DNA of 64,000 nucleotides from an uncultured Eubacteriales bacterium (GTDB lineage Bacteria > Bacillota > Clostridia > Oscillospirales > Acutalibacteraceae), in assembly GCA_934486615.1 (NCBI GenBank), contig CAKSQO010000002.1:112425-176424 (forward strand), written 5' to 3'. A program made the position numbers and the translations under genes. The notes beneath the pieces were generated by a model. The model did not search any database, was not told the origin of the DNA, and was given only the letters and a program-made list of their open reading frames with translations. Of this stretch, positions 1-8,336 are shown in pieces (the first letter of the stretch is position 1; each line of letters opens with the position of its first letter).

Positions 1-368
1 TCGCCCGTATAGCCGCGCGCACGCAGATTTGCAAGACAGGAGTAAAAGTAGCGGTCGCTGATGACCGTCTCCCCCTGCTTTAAATGCGGCAGAATGACCT
101 TGTTGACGTGCTGCAGTCGGTCGCTCGCCGCAAGCAGCGACAGGCTGCGGTAGTCGAACGCGTCGTGGTTCGGCTGATCCATATAATTGCGGAATATCGC
201 ACTCTGCCGCACCGACGGAGTCGGCTGCTTGGTCAGGAATACGGCGCGGCTCTTTTCAAGCTCGCCCTTCAGGCGGGTCAGCATCGTCGTCTTGCCGCAG
301 CCGTCAAGGCCGCAGAACGTCAGCAGCAGCCCGCGCGTGCCGTGAGGGCGCATATCAAGCTCTCTCAT
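1..368 (-). CDS. dTMP-kinase-like P-loop kinase; only the N-terminal 122 aa are visible, the C-terminus runs off the window start
   Basis: Minus-strand translation MRELDMRPHGTRGLLLTFCGLDGCGKTTMLTRL...ISDRYFYSCLANL has a Walker A motif (GLDGCGKTT) and the DRY motif typical of the thymidylate kinase family. Its ATG overlaps the stop of the upstream nucleotidyltransferase gene as ATGA, which suggests translational coupling. Confidence 0.6.
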   Translation of the reverse strand, partial: MRELDMRPHGTRGLLLTFCGLDGCGKTTMLTRLKGELEKSRAVFLTKQPTPSVRQSAIFRNYMDQPNHDAFDYRSLSLLAASDRLQHVNKVILPHLKQGETVISDRYFYSCLANLRARGYTG

Positions 369-1438
369 TTTTCGCTCACCTCCTCAAGCAGCGCCGCCCT
401 GTCGGGGCTGAACAGCCGCTTTTCAATGTCGCGCTCGGTATAGACAAAGCGTTTGCCCTCCGCGGGCGACACCACCGTGTGCAGAAAATCGGGCTCGTCG
501 GCGAGAATATCGCGCGCCATGTCGGCTGCGGCCGTGTTCTTCATATTAAAGCAGCTTTCGGCATAAAGGGCCGCAAACGCGCACTCCTTTTCGAGGCCGA
601 GCTGCCTTGCGCGCTCAAACATTCGGCTTATCTGCTTCGGGGAGCTGTCCTCAAGCAGCATATAAATGTCGCCGAGCTTGTAAAGGCTCATATCGCGCCC
701 CATCCTGACCCACGGCATCGACGCCGCCTCCTTATAACAGTGGCAGCACAGGTGAATGAGGAAGTCGTCCTTGCCGAGCGTTCTGACCGACAGGCTGCCC
801 GCGCGCCTGACAGGCGTGTGAGCGAGCATTTCGCCGACGAGCGCACCCTTGTCGGGCTTATAGTCGAGCGAGAAGTTCACGTCGACCTCGAGCCAGTTCA
901 TCTGCGGCAGGCCGACGGGCTTGATGAACGGCACCGTCTCGCCGCGAGTCAGCTTCGACTCGAGCACCTCGCGGCGCGTTGCGGGCACAAACTCGCCCGA
1001 GCGGACGTGCCCCTGCTTAAAGCCCGCCTTGCGCAGCCTATTGCACACCTCGCCCACCGCGTCGGGGCGCACGAGCAGGTCGATGTCGTTCGAGGTGCGG
1101 CAGCCCTCGGGATATTCGGCGCACAGCAGCGCGCCCTTGAGCATCGCCCAACCCTCGCAGCCGCAGAGCACCTGCGTGACGTAGCGCACGCATTTGAAGA
1201 AGCCCGCGTTGCGTATTTTTGCGCTCTCCCGCGCCTGCGCAAGCGCGTTTCTCTCCTCGCGCCCGACCTGTGCAAGCAGCCCCAGACGCTCCAGCTTTTC
1301 GTGCGCTGTGCCCGCCGTACGGTTGCAAAAAAGCAGCCCCAGCACCTGCGGGGTCAAGCTCTTTAAGAGCTTTACATCAAGCTCGTCCGAGCGGAAGCTG
1401 CACAGGCTTTTAAATAACTCTTTTTCCTGTTTTTTCAT
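365..1438 (-). CDS. Pol-beta superfamily nucleotidyltransferase family protein (357 aa)
   Basis: The six-frame ORF contains the G[CS]x4-DxD motif (EGCRTSNDIDLLV) of Pol-beta-type NTases. Codon usage is consistent with the host. It overlaps the downstream kinase-like gene by 4 bp. Confidence 0.6.
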   Translation of the reverse strand: MKKQEKELFKSLCSFRSDELDVKLLKSLTPQVLGLLFCNRTAGTAHEKLERLGLLAQVGREERNALAQARESAKIRNAGFFKCVRYVTQVLCGCEGWAMLKGALLCAEYPEGCRTSNDIDLLVRPDAVGEVCNRLRKAGFKQGHVRSGEFVPATRREVLESKLTRGETVPFIKPVGLPQMNWLEVDVNFSLDYKPDKGALVGEMLAHTPVRRAGSLSVRTLGKDDFLIHLCCHCYKEAASMPWVRMGRDMSLYKLGDIYMLLEDSSPKQISRMFERARQLGLEKECAFAALYAESCFNMKNTAAADMARDILADEPDFLHTVVSPAEGKRFVYTERDIEKRLFSPDRAALLEEVSEK

Positions 1439-1486
1439 AAATTTTTTCTCCTTTCTACCGTCTTGAAAATTCGGTATCCCGACTTT

Positions 1487-1837
1487 TTAAGCGCCGGGCT
1501 TTGTGTACTGCAGGATAATTGCGCCAAGCGTCGCGCGCTCCGCTTCGGTGAGAGCCGCGGCTTCACCCATATCGGCAAAGTCGGCCAGCTTTCTGAGCAC
1601 GTTCAGCTCGTCTGAGGTCATATACATTCGGTCTGCGCGGTAGTCCGACATAATATAGACCCCGCCGCCGTAGCGCCCCGTCTGCGTGTATATCGGCTCG
1701 CTTACGCTCAGCGCGTCAATATCCCTTTGAATAGTCCTTTCGGAAACGCCGAACTCAGTCGCCAGATTAGTGACAGTCTCGTGCCTGCGCCTGCAGAGGA
1801 TGCGCATTATCTCGGCTCTGCGCTTCGACGTTTCCAT
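1487..1837 (-). CDS. HTH_11 (DeoR/YafY N-terminal-like) transcriptional regulator, 116 aa, no WYL domain
   Basis: METSKRRAEIMRILCRRRHETVTNLATEFGVSERTIQRDIDAL matches the YafY/BrxR-type N-terminal wHTH. A strong RBS (AAAGGAGGGAG) lies 5 nt before the ATG at 1837, so this start was chosen over the ORF-track start at 1855. Confidence 0.6.
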   Translation of the reverse strand: METSKRRAEIMRILCRRRHETVTNLATEFGVSERTIQRDIDALSVSEPIYTQTGRYGGGVYIMSDYRADRMYMTSDELNVLRKLADFADMGEAAALTEAERATLGAIILQYTKPGA

Positions 1838-1998
1838 AAGGCTCCCTCCTTTCATATTCGATAGTAAAGTTTAATTACGACAGTTTCTGTCAGAATTAAA
1901 AAAAAGAACCCGGCAAAAATCAGCGCATTTTTTTGCGCCGATCTGCCAGGTTCCTCTCAACTTAAATTGAGTTCAACGTATCTCTTCAGCAGGATCGT

Positions 1999-2229
1999 CT
2001 ATTCAGATTTTCTCACGGCAGAGGTGCGTTCGATCACACTTGCCTTTACTCCGTTTCCGGTAAACATTATCTGCAAGTATTTTTTACATTTAGGGCAGCC
2101 CGCCTCGATGTACGACTCCGCTCGTCCTTTACACAATGATCTGCCGCACACAGGGCAGCACGCAAGATATACCATACCCTCCACAAACGCTCCTCCTATC
2201 GACGAATAAATAGATTGACATTTCTTCAC
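1999..2229 (-). CDS. Small Zn-ribbon protein (76 aa, CPVCG...CPKC)
   Basis: The ORF has two CxxC pairs (CPVCG and CPKCK) and sits first in the minus-strand operon with the HTH, NTase and kinase genes. Confidence 0.4.
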   Translation of the reverse strand: MKKCQSIYSSIGGAFVEGMVYLACCPVCGRSLCKGRAESYIEAGCPKCKKYLQIMFTGNGVKASVIERTSAVRKSE

Positions 2230-2346
2230 ACTTTTGATAATATGTAATCGGAAGTTATTTGCAATTTAGATTATATAGGATTTGTACCAATTTGTCAATA
2301 TTTTTCACAAATTTATTTTATTTTTGTCGGTAAGGGAGATTTATCA

Positions 2347-2754
2347 ATGAATTTCGGTGAAAAATTAAAGGCCGTTCGGCTGTCAAAAAACATATCGCAA
2401 TCCGAGCTGGCCGATATGACCGGCATATCCGAGCGCTCGCTTTACACTTATGAACAGCGCGGTACGCTGCCCCGCAGCGGCAACCTCAGCCGCATCGCCG
2501 ACGCGCTCGGCGTATCGGCCGATTACCTGCTCGGCGGCGAAGGCTCGACTGACGCAGGATTCGTCGACTCGCACTCCGGCGAGGTAAGCGCTCTGCTCGA
2601 GCGTGCGGCAACGCTGTTCGCGGGCGGCGAGCTGGACGTCGAGGCAAAGGAGCTGTTCTACCGGTCGCTTACGCAGGTCTACCTCGACTCAAAGGCCGAA
2701 GCGAAAAAGTTCGCGCCGAAATCCCGCCGCAAGCGCGCGGCCGCTTCAAAATAG
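2347..2754 (+). CDS. XRE-family HTH transcriptional regulator
   Basis: Its N-terminus LKAVRLSKNISQSELADMTGISERSLYTYEQ is a Cro/C1-type HTH. An RBS (GGGAG) lies upstream. The gene is paired with a downstream ImmA-like peptidase. Confidence 0.8.
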   Translation: MNFGEKLKAVRLSKNISQSELADMTGISERSLYTYEQRGTLPRSGNLSRIADALGVSADYLLGGEGSTDAGFVDSHSGEVSALLERAATLFAGGELDVEAKELFYRSLTQVYLDSKAEAKKFAPKSRRKRAAASK

Positions 2755-2801
2755 CGGGTTTTTATCCTGCTTTTCACGACGTTCTGACAGAGGCTCTCGC
2801 A

Positions 2802-3503
2802 ATGCTCAATATCCGCTTAATTTCAGAAAAAGTCAACCGCCTTGTCGGCAAATACCGCACGCGCGATCCGTTTGCCCTTTGCACCGCTATGGGTGTGCAC
2901 GTCTACCGTCACGACCTCGGTAAGCTGCAGGGGTACTGTTTTTGCCGGTCGCGCGTGAAAAATATCGTGCTGTCCTCCCACGCCGACAGCAACGCGCAGC
3001 GCCTGCTCTGCGCTCACGAGCTCGGGCACACCGTGCTGCATTTCACCCCTTCGTCGGGCGAGCAGCTAATACGGCTCGAAACGCTCAAGGAGCTCACACC
3101 CACCGAAAAGGAAGCGAACATCTTCGCCGCCGAGCTGCTGATAACCGACGGAGAGGTGTCGGCGCTCACCGAGTCGGGCGCTACCGCGGCGGACATCGCG
3201 CGGCGGCTCTGTCTGCCCGCGGAGCTTGTTATGTTCAAGCTCGAAGCAATGAAAGCGCGCGGCCTGCTTAAAGCCGCCGTGATTGACGAGCCGCGCAGCG
3301 ACTTTCTCAAAGCCGCGCTGCCGCGCACCGACCCCGATTTTACCGACGCGCCCGACGGCGACTTCCCCGCCGACTCTCCCGACAGCTTCGCTGATTTCGA
3401 CCGCAGCTTTACCGACGCCCGCGACGATTTCGCCGACTTTGACAACTCCCGCGACGATTTCGCCGACTTCTGCGGCGACTCCCCCTTCCCCGACGATTTT
3501 TGA
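2802..3503 (+). CDS. ImmA/IrrE family metallo-endopeptidase with C-terminal acidic tandem repeats
   Basis: The HEXXH motif (HELGHTVLH) sits in an ImmA-like context directly downstream of the XRE gene. The C-terminal 60 aa are low-complexity repeats (DFADFD / DDFADF). Confidence 0.7.
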   Translation: MLNIRLISEKVNRLVGKYRTRDPFALCTAMGVHVYRHDLGKLQGYCFCRSRVKNIVLSSHADSNAQRLLCAHELGHTVLHFTPSSGEQLIRLETLKELTPTEKEANIFAAELLITDGEVSALTESGATAADIARRLCLPAELVMFKLEAMKARGLLKAAVIDEPRSDFLKAALPRTDPDFTDAPDGDFPADSPDSFADFDRSFTDARDDFADFDNSRDDFADFCGDSPFPDDF

Positions 3504-3506
3504 ATG

Positions 3507-3558
3507 AAAAAGCGGCTCCCGAATCGGATTAAATCCGTTTTCGGGAGCCGCTTTTTCG
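3507..3558. terminator. Bidirectional rho-independent terminator
   Basis: A GC stem (AAAAAGCGGCTCCCGAA ... TTCGGGAGCCGCTTTTTC) is flanked by A and T runs on both sides. Confidence 0.7.
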
Positions 3559-3585
3559 GGTATGGATTCCACCGTATATCAGCTT

Positions 3586-3906
3586 TCAGCCAATTATTAC
3601 TTCGGCAATATCAAAATCTTCGCAGACAAATTCTATGCTGTCGGTTTCAAAATCGCTGACAGTATATCTTGAGGTTCTGTCCCACTGACGGGATTTATTA
3701 TCGACAAGCTCAAAGCCCTCAATCACAAGCGGGTTCGACATCGCTTGTATTCTTATATTGGCCGCGTTATAAAACTTCATAGCAAACAGCTTTTGAGCGC
3801 ACTCGACGTTCATCTCAATCTCAATAGAACCGTTATTTTGAGTAACGCGCAGTTCAGATATGCTTAATTCCTGACCCTGAACGAATTTTAAATTATCTTT
3901 AGTCAT
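3586..3906 (-). CDS. Hypothetical protein (106 aa) in an AT-rich islet
   Basis: It is a clean ORF in an AT-rich segment, downstream of the hypothetical gene at 3919-4320. No family was recognised. Confidence 0.4.
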   Translation of the reverse strand: MTKDNLKFVQGQELSISELRVTQNNGSIEIEMNVECAQKLFAMKFYNAANIRIQAMSNPLVIEGFELVDNKSRQWDRTSRYTVSDFETDSIEFVCEDFDIAEVIIG

Positions 3907-3918
3907 CGTCGAACCGCC

Positions 3919-4320
3919 CTACTTCTCATGCCAGACTGCGAGGACTTCGCCGTCGGAGGTCATTATTATGCACGCTGTGCCGCCCAAAATATTATGCGAG
4001 TTGAAGCTCAGCTCATTAAGCCAGCCGAAGCTGCCCGTGACGAGCCAAGCGTCATTTTTCACGTCGCAGCTGACCTTGTAAGGGCGCTCTCCTTTAACAT
4101 CGGGATAGTGCTTCAGCCAGACCTGCTCCGCTTTTTGCTTTGCGTCGCGGGCGTCGGCGACCTTTCCTACACTTTCGGCAGAGGGGAACAAAGCGATGCT
4201 CTCCCGATAATCGTTAACATCAAAAGTGCCGACCGCCGAGACGCGCACGCAAACAACGGCAAAGTACGCCGCAAAAGCAACAGCAAGCACCAAAACTATA
4301 ACAGCCGCTCGTTTCTTCAT
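3919..4320 (-). CDS. Hypothetical membrane-anchored/secreted protein (133 aa)
   Basis: An N-terminal hydrophobic segment (VIVLVLAVAFAAYFAVVCV) is preceded by an RBS (GGGAGGTG) and a consensus sigma-A-like promoter. Confidence 0.45.
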   Translation of the reverse strand: MKKRAAVIVLVLAVAFAAYFAVVCVRVSAVGTFDVNDYRESIALFPSAESVGKVADARDAKQKAEQVWLKHYPDVKGERPYKVSCDVKNDAWLVTGSFGWLNELSFNSHNILGGTACIIMTSDGEVLAVWHEK

Positions 4321-4337
4321 AAATCAGCACCTCCCGC

Positions 4338-4370
4338 CTCAATAATAGCAATAATTGTTCCAATTGTCAA
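4338..4370 (-). promoter_or_regulatory. Sigma-A-type promoter for the 3919-4320/3586-3906 operon
   Basis: Minus strand: TTGACA (4370-4365), a 17-nt spacer, then TATTAT (4347-4342), followed by RBS GGGAGGTG. Confidence 0.55.
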
Positions 4371-4501
4371 TTTTAATTTGCACAATATAGCTAAAATTTG
4401 TCAACAAATACGGCGGTATTTATATTTTTATGTAGAATAATCCACCTGCGCAGGCAAAGAATATTAGAGCAAACGACTTTTCTCACAAGGAGTTTCAGGC
4501 T

Positions 4502-5038
4502 ATGAAAGCAACAGGTATCGTAAGGCGGATCGATGACCTCGGGCGCGTCGTCATACCCAAAGAGATCCGCCGCACAATGCGTATCCGCGAGGGCGACCCG
4601 CTGGAGATTTACACCGACGCGGACGGGGAGGTCATATTCAAGAAATACTCGCCTGTCGGGGAGCTGGCGGGGTTTGCGGGGCAATACGCCGAGGTGCTCG
4701 CGAAGGCGACGAACATTTCGATCGTCATCTGCGACCGCGACCGCTGCATTGCCGCGGCGGGCGTCAGCAAAAAGGAGGCGCTCGAGCGCCGCATATCCCC
4801 AGAGCTTGAGGAGCTTACGCTTGCGCGGCGCAGCTTTATGCGGCGCGGCGACGGCGGCGAGCTTGCGCCGCTTGACGGCAGCAGGCTTACGGCGCTGCTC
4901 GCACTGCCGATAATCGCGGCAGGCGACGTGTGCGGCTCGGTCGTGCTCATCTCCCGCGGAGGCTCGCACACGCCGAGCGACGAGGACGTGCGGATAGCGC
5001 AGATTGCCGCAAATTTTCTCGGCAAGCAAATGGAATAG
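4502..5038 (+). CDS. spoVT: Stage V sporulation protein T (AbrB-type swapped-hairpin N-domain + GAF domain)
   Basis: MKATGIVRRIDDLGRVVIPKEIRRTMRIREGDPLEIY is the canonical SpoVT/AbrB N-terminus. The 178-aa length matches, and a terminator follows at 5042-5078. Confidence 0.85.
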   Translation: MKATGIVRRIDDLGRVVIPKEIRRTMRIREGDPLEIYTDADGEVIFKKYSPVGELAGFAGQYAEVLAKATNISIVICDRDRCIAAAGVSKKEALERRISPELEELTLARRSFMRRGDGGELAPLDGSRLTALLALPIIAAGDVCGSVVLISRGGSHTPSDEDVRIAQIAANFLGKQME

Positions 5039-5098
5039 CGAAAAACGGGCGCAGCCTGCAAAAGCTGCACCCGTTTTTTCATATCAATCCTGACCGCT

Positions 5099-5374
5099 TT
5101 AAATAAGCTCGGTTGATAGGACGAACTTATCCTTAATCTCTTTAAGCCGCTGCATATGCGGAGCTTTCATATGCGCCCGCTGACACTCGCGCGTACGCCG
5201 GCGCTCGACAAGCAGCACGGTGTCGGGCTGCTGAGCGTCAAAGAAGCAGCGATAAATAAGCGCGCCGTCCTCCGCACGCACCGCGTCAAGCGCTCCCGAG
5301 TCCGCGACGGCCCGTACAAAGGTTGCGGCCGTATCGGGCTTGACCGTATATTTTACCAAAAGCGTGTATTCCAT
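5099..5374 (-). CDS. Antibiotic biosynthesis monooxygenase (ABM) domain protein, 91 aa
   Basis: MEYTLLVKYTVKPDTAATFV...LVERRRTRECQRAHMKAPHMQRL has the ABM fold signature. The longer 227-aa ORF-track call is rejected because its upstream part is the antisense shadow of a high-GC region. Confidence 0.6.
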   Translation of the reverse strand: MEYTLLVKYTVKPDTAATFVRAVADSGALDAVRAEDGALIYRCFFDAQQPDTVLLVERRRTRECQRAHMKAPHMQRLKEIKDKFVLSTELI

Positions 5375-5531
5375 AGCTGCACTCCCTTTTTTTAAGAATA
5401 TACCACACTTATCCCGCAATTTCTGCCGCGAGGAATGTAAAAGAATGTGGAATTTTTTGCGTGGATATGCTATACTGAATTGTACATCGGTAAATAAGTG
5501 CAGGCTTCCCATACGGAGGGCAAAATCAGCG

Positions 5532-6479
5532 ATGAATTTTATACACATAAAATACGCGGTCGAGGTCGCCAAGACCCGCTCGATAAACAAAGCCGCCGAG
5601 GTGCTGTACGTCGGCCAGTCGGCGCTCAGCCGCGCGATAAAGGAGCTTGAAGCGAGCATCGGCGTGACTCTGTTCGAGCGCAGCGCCAAGGGCATGACAC
5701 TGACGGCCGACGGCGAGGTATTCATAAAATACGCGCAGGGTCTGCTCGACCAGGTCAACGAGCTTGAGCATATGTTCGGCAAGGGCGCGAACGACGTTAA
5801 AAAGAAGCTGTCGATAGCCGCTCCGCGCGCGACCTACATTGCCGACGCGCTTGCTAAATTCTCGCGCAAGCTGCCGAAGGACGCCCGCATCGAAGTTTTC
5901 TACAAGGAGACCAACTCGCAGCAGGCGATAAAGGACCTGACCGACGGCGACTACAAGCTCTGCGTGCTCAGATACGCGCAGAACTACGACAAATACTACC
6001 GCGCAATGCTTGAGGACAAGAATCTGACCTACGAGCCGCTGGCGCAGTTCAAATACGTGCTGCTGATGAATGAAAAGTGCCCGCTTGCGACCAAGGAGCG
6101 GATAACGAGCGACGATCTGCGCGACCTTATAGAGATCGCGCACGCCGACCCCTACGTTCCCACCCTGCCGCTTGCGGAGGTCAAGCGCGAGGAGCTGACC
6201 GACATCTCGCCGCGCAAAATCTTCGTGTTCGAGCGCGCAAGTCAGTTTGAGCTTTTCGCCCAAAATCCCGATATTTATATGTGGGTCTCGCCCATTCCCG
6301 AGGAGCTGCGCAGCCGCTACGGTCTGATTCAGCGCACCTGCGACGAAAATGAGCGCGTCTATCAGGACGTGCTCGTGCACAGCAAGAATTACACGCTGAC
6401 CGACCTCGACCGCGCCTTTATCGAGCAGCTCGAGGAGTCCAAGCGCGCGGCCATCGGGCCGTATCAGATAAACGCGTAA
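5532..6479 (+). CDS. LysR-family transcriptional regulator
   Basis: MNFIHIKYAVEVAKTRSINKAAEVLYVGQSALSRAIKELE is an LysR-type HTH. The gene is divergent from the ABM gene. Confidence 0.8.
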   Translation: MNFIHIKYAVEVAKTRSINKAAEVLYVGQSALSRAIKELEASIGVTLFERSAKGMTLTADGEVFIKYAQGLLDQVNELEHMFGKGANDVKKKLSIAAPRATYIADALAKFSRKLPKDARIEVFYKETNSQQAIKDLTDGDYKLCVLRYAQNYDKYYRAMLEDKNLTYEPLAQFKYVLLMNEKCPLATKERITSDDLRDLIEIAHADPYVPTLPLAEVKREELTDISPRKIFVFERASQFELFAQNPDIYMWVSPIPEELRSRYGLIQRTCDENERVYQDVLVHSKNYTLTDLDRAFIEQLEESKRAAIGPYQINA

Positions 6480-6496
6480 TAAGGAGTTTTTGTTTT

Positions 6497-7039
6497 ATGA
6501 AATGGCTTATAGCGTCCGACATTCACGGCAGCGCTTTCTACTGCCGCAAGCTGCTCGGCTGCTTTGCCGCCGAGCATGCCGACCGTATTTTGCTGCTCGG
6601 CGATGTGCTTTATCACGGCCCGCGCAACGACCTGCCCGAGGGCTACGCTCCCAAGGAGGTCATCGCAATGCTCAACCCGCTCAAGGACTCGATTCTCTGC
6701 GTGCGCGGCAACTGCGAGGCCGAGGTCGACCAGATGGTGCTCGACTTCCCCGTGCTCGCCGACTACGCCGTGCTCGACCTCGGCAAAACGCTCGTCTACG
6801 CGACCCACGGTCACGTATATAACGAGCAGCACCTGCCGCCGCTTAAAAAGGGCGACGTGCTCCTGCACGGCCACACGCACGTTCCCGTCTGCGCCGACCG
6901 AGGCGACTATGTTTATATGAATCCCGGCTCGGTATCCATTCCGAAGGAAGGCAGCCACCACGGCTATATGACCCTCGAGGACGGCGTTTTTATTTGGAAA
7001 GACCTTGACGGCAATATCAAAAACGAGTTCAGGCTTTAA
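6497..7039 (+). CDS. YfcE-family metallophosphoesterase (phosphodiesterase)
   Basis: The calcineurin-like motifs DIHG, GDVLYHGP, GNCE and GHTH are present. Confidence 0.8.
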   Translation: MKWLIASDIHGSAFYCRKLLGCFAAEHADRILLLGDVLYHGPRNDLPEGYAPKEVIAMLNPLKDSILCVRGNCEAEVDQMVLDFPVLADYAVLDLGKTLVYATHGHVYNEQHLPPLKKGDVLLHGHTHVPVCADRGDYVYMNPGSVSIPKEGSHHGYMTLEDGVFIWKDLDGNIKNEFRL

Positions 7040-7059
7040 GCCTGAGCTCGTTTTGTTTT

Positions 7060-7392
7060 TTATTGAACGCCGGCCGCAGCCTTGTAGCCCTCACCCCAAA
7101 TTCGCAGCGAATCGAGCACGGGCGCAAGGCTCTGCCCGAGTCCGGTCAGCTCGTACTCGACACGCGGCGGCACCTCGGCATAGACCTTACGGCTGACAAG
7201 GCCGCTGTCCTCCATCGCGCGAAGCTGCGCGGTGAGCACCTTTTGCGACACGCTGCCTATCGACTTTTTCAGCTCGCCGAAGCGCTTTTTGCCGGGCATA
7301 AGGTCGCGCAGAATAAGCACCTTCCACTTGTCGCCTATCAAGGTCAGAGTCGTCTCGACCGGACAGGCGGGCAGTTTATTTATATCGGTCAC
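7060..7392 (-). CDS. HxlR-family (MarR-like) transcriptional regulator
   Basis: CPVETTLTLIGDKWKVLILRDLMPGKKRFGELKKSI is the HxlR signature. GTG at 7392 with a GGGAG RBS is preferred, but ATG at 7434 remains possible. Confidence 0.7.
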   Translation of the reverse strand: MTDINKLPACPVETTLTLIGDKWKVLILRDLMPGKKRFGELKKSIGSVSQKVLTAQLRAMEDSGLVSRKVYAEVPPRVEYELTGLGQSLAPVLDSLRIWGEGYKAAAGVQ

Positions 7393-7667
7393 GTTTATCA
7401 CTCCCGTTAGTTTCCAAAAGTAACTTTGTTTCAAATATTAGCATACTTCCCGCAAAAAATCAAGCAAAAAAATTTTTTCGCGACAAAAAAACACCCGCAG
7501 CCCGCGTAATAACCAATCGTTTCCTTACGGTAACCGCCCAATAGTTCCTTTTCGGTAACTACGGCACAATAAAGTGCTTACTTTACAAGAGAAACCGATG
7601 CGGTTACAATAAAGTCACGCCAAGCGGAGAAAGCTCCGCGACGAAAAACTTTTTGGAGGAATTTATT

Positions 7668-8297
7668 ATGAAAATTGCAGTTGTATGCGCTAACGGTAAA
7701 GAGGGCAGGCTTATCGTCGACGAAGCCCTTTCAAGAGGGCTTGACGTAACCGCCGTTGTGCGCGGTGAGAACCGTTCGGCAGCCGAAAAGGCTGTCATCA
7801 AGGACGTGTTCGAGCTGGAAAAGAGCGACCTCGACGGCTTCGACGCAGTTGTTGACGCGTTCGGCGCGTGGACGAACGACACCGTCGGCGGGATTCCCGC
7901 AGCGGCGAAGCTGCTGTGCGACCTGCTTTCGGGCAGCGACACGCGTCTGCTCGTCGTAGGCGGTGCAGGCAGCCTTTATGTAAACCGCGAGCACACGCTC
8001 TGCGTAGCTGACGGCGCGGACTTCCCCGACGCGTTCAAGCCGCTCGCGGCCGCGCACGCCGAAGCGCTCGATATGCTCCGCACACGCAGCGACGTCAGGT
8101 GGACCTACATCAGCCCCGCAGGTGACTTTCAGGCCGACGGCGAGCGCACCGGCGAGTACACCCTCGCAGGCGAGGAGCTGACGCTCAACTCCAAGGGTGA
8201 GAGCGTGATAAGCTACGCCGACTACGCTATCGCAATGGTCGACGAGGTCATTGGCGGCAAGCACGTCGGGCAACGCATCAGCGTCGTCTCAAAGTAA
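7668..8297 (+). CDS. NAD(P)H-binding (NmrA/atypical SDR-like) oxidoreductase
   Basis: MKIAVVCANGKEGRLIVDEAL has a Rossmann GxxGxxG-like N-terminus with RBS TGGAGGAA upstream. It is divergent from hxlR, the classic regulator/reductase pair. Confidence 0.7.
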   Translation: MKIAVVCANGKEGRLIVDEALSRGLDVTAVVRGENRSAAEKAVIKDVFELEKSDLDGFDAVVDAFGAWTNDTVGGIPAAAKLLCDLLSGSDTRLLVVGGAGSLYVNREHTLCVADGADFPDAFKPLAAAHAEALDMLRTRSDVRWTYISPAGDFQADGERTGEYTLAGEELTLNSKGESVISYADYAIAMVDEVIGGKHVGQRISVVSK

Positions 8298-8336
8298 GAG
8301 CTTTTTGCCGCGTTTATTCAAAGGAGAGCGAATTTT

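Noticed and set aside
84-443. 119-aa plus-strand ORF at the window start
   Set aside because: It lies antisense to the well-supported kinase-like and NTase genes. Its Arg/Ala-rich composition is typical of a high-GC shadow frame, and it has no RBS.
479-1366. 295-aa plus-strand ORF
   Set aside because: It is entirely antisense to the NTase gene, with no RBS and shadow-frame composition.
5375-5782. N-terminal extension making the ABM gene 227 aa
   Set aside because: The extension has no homology and overlaps the LysR promoter region. An internal Met at 5374 gives a canonical 91-aa ABM protein.
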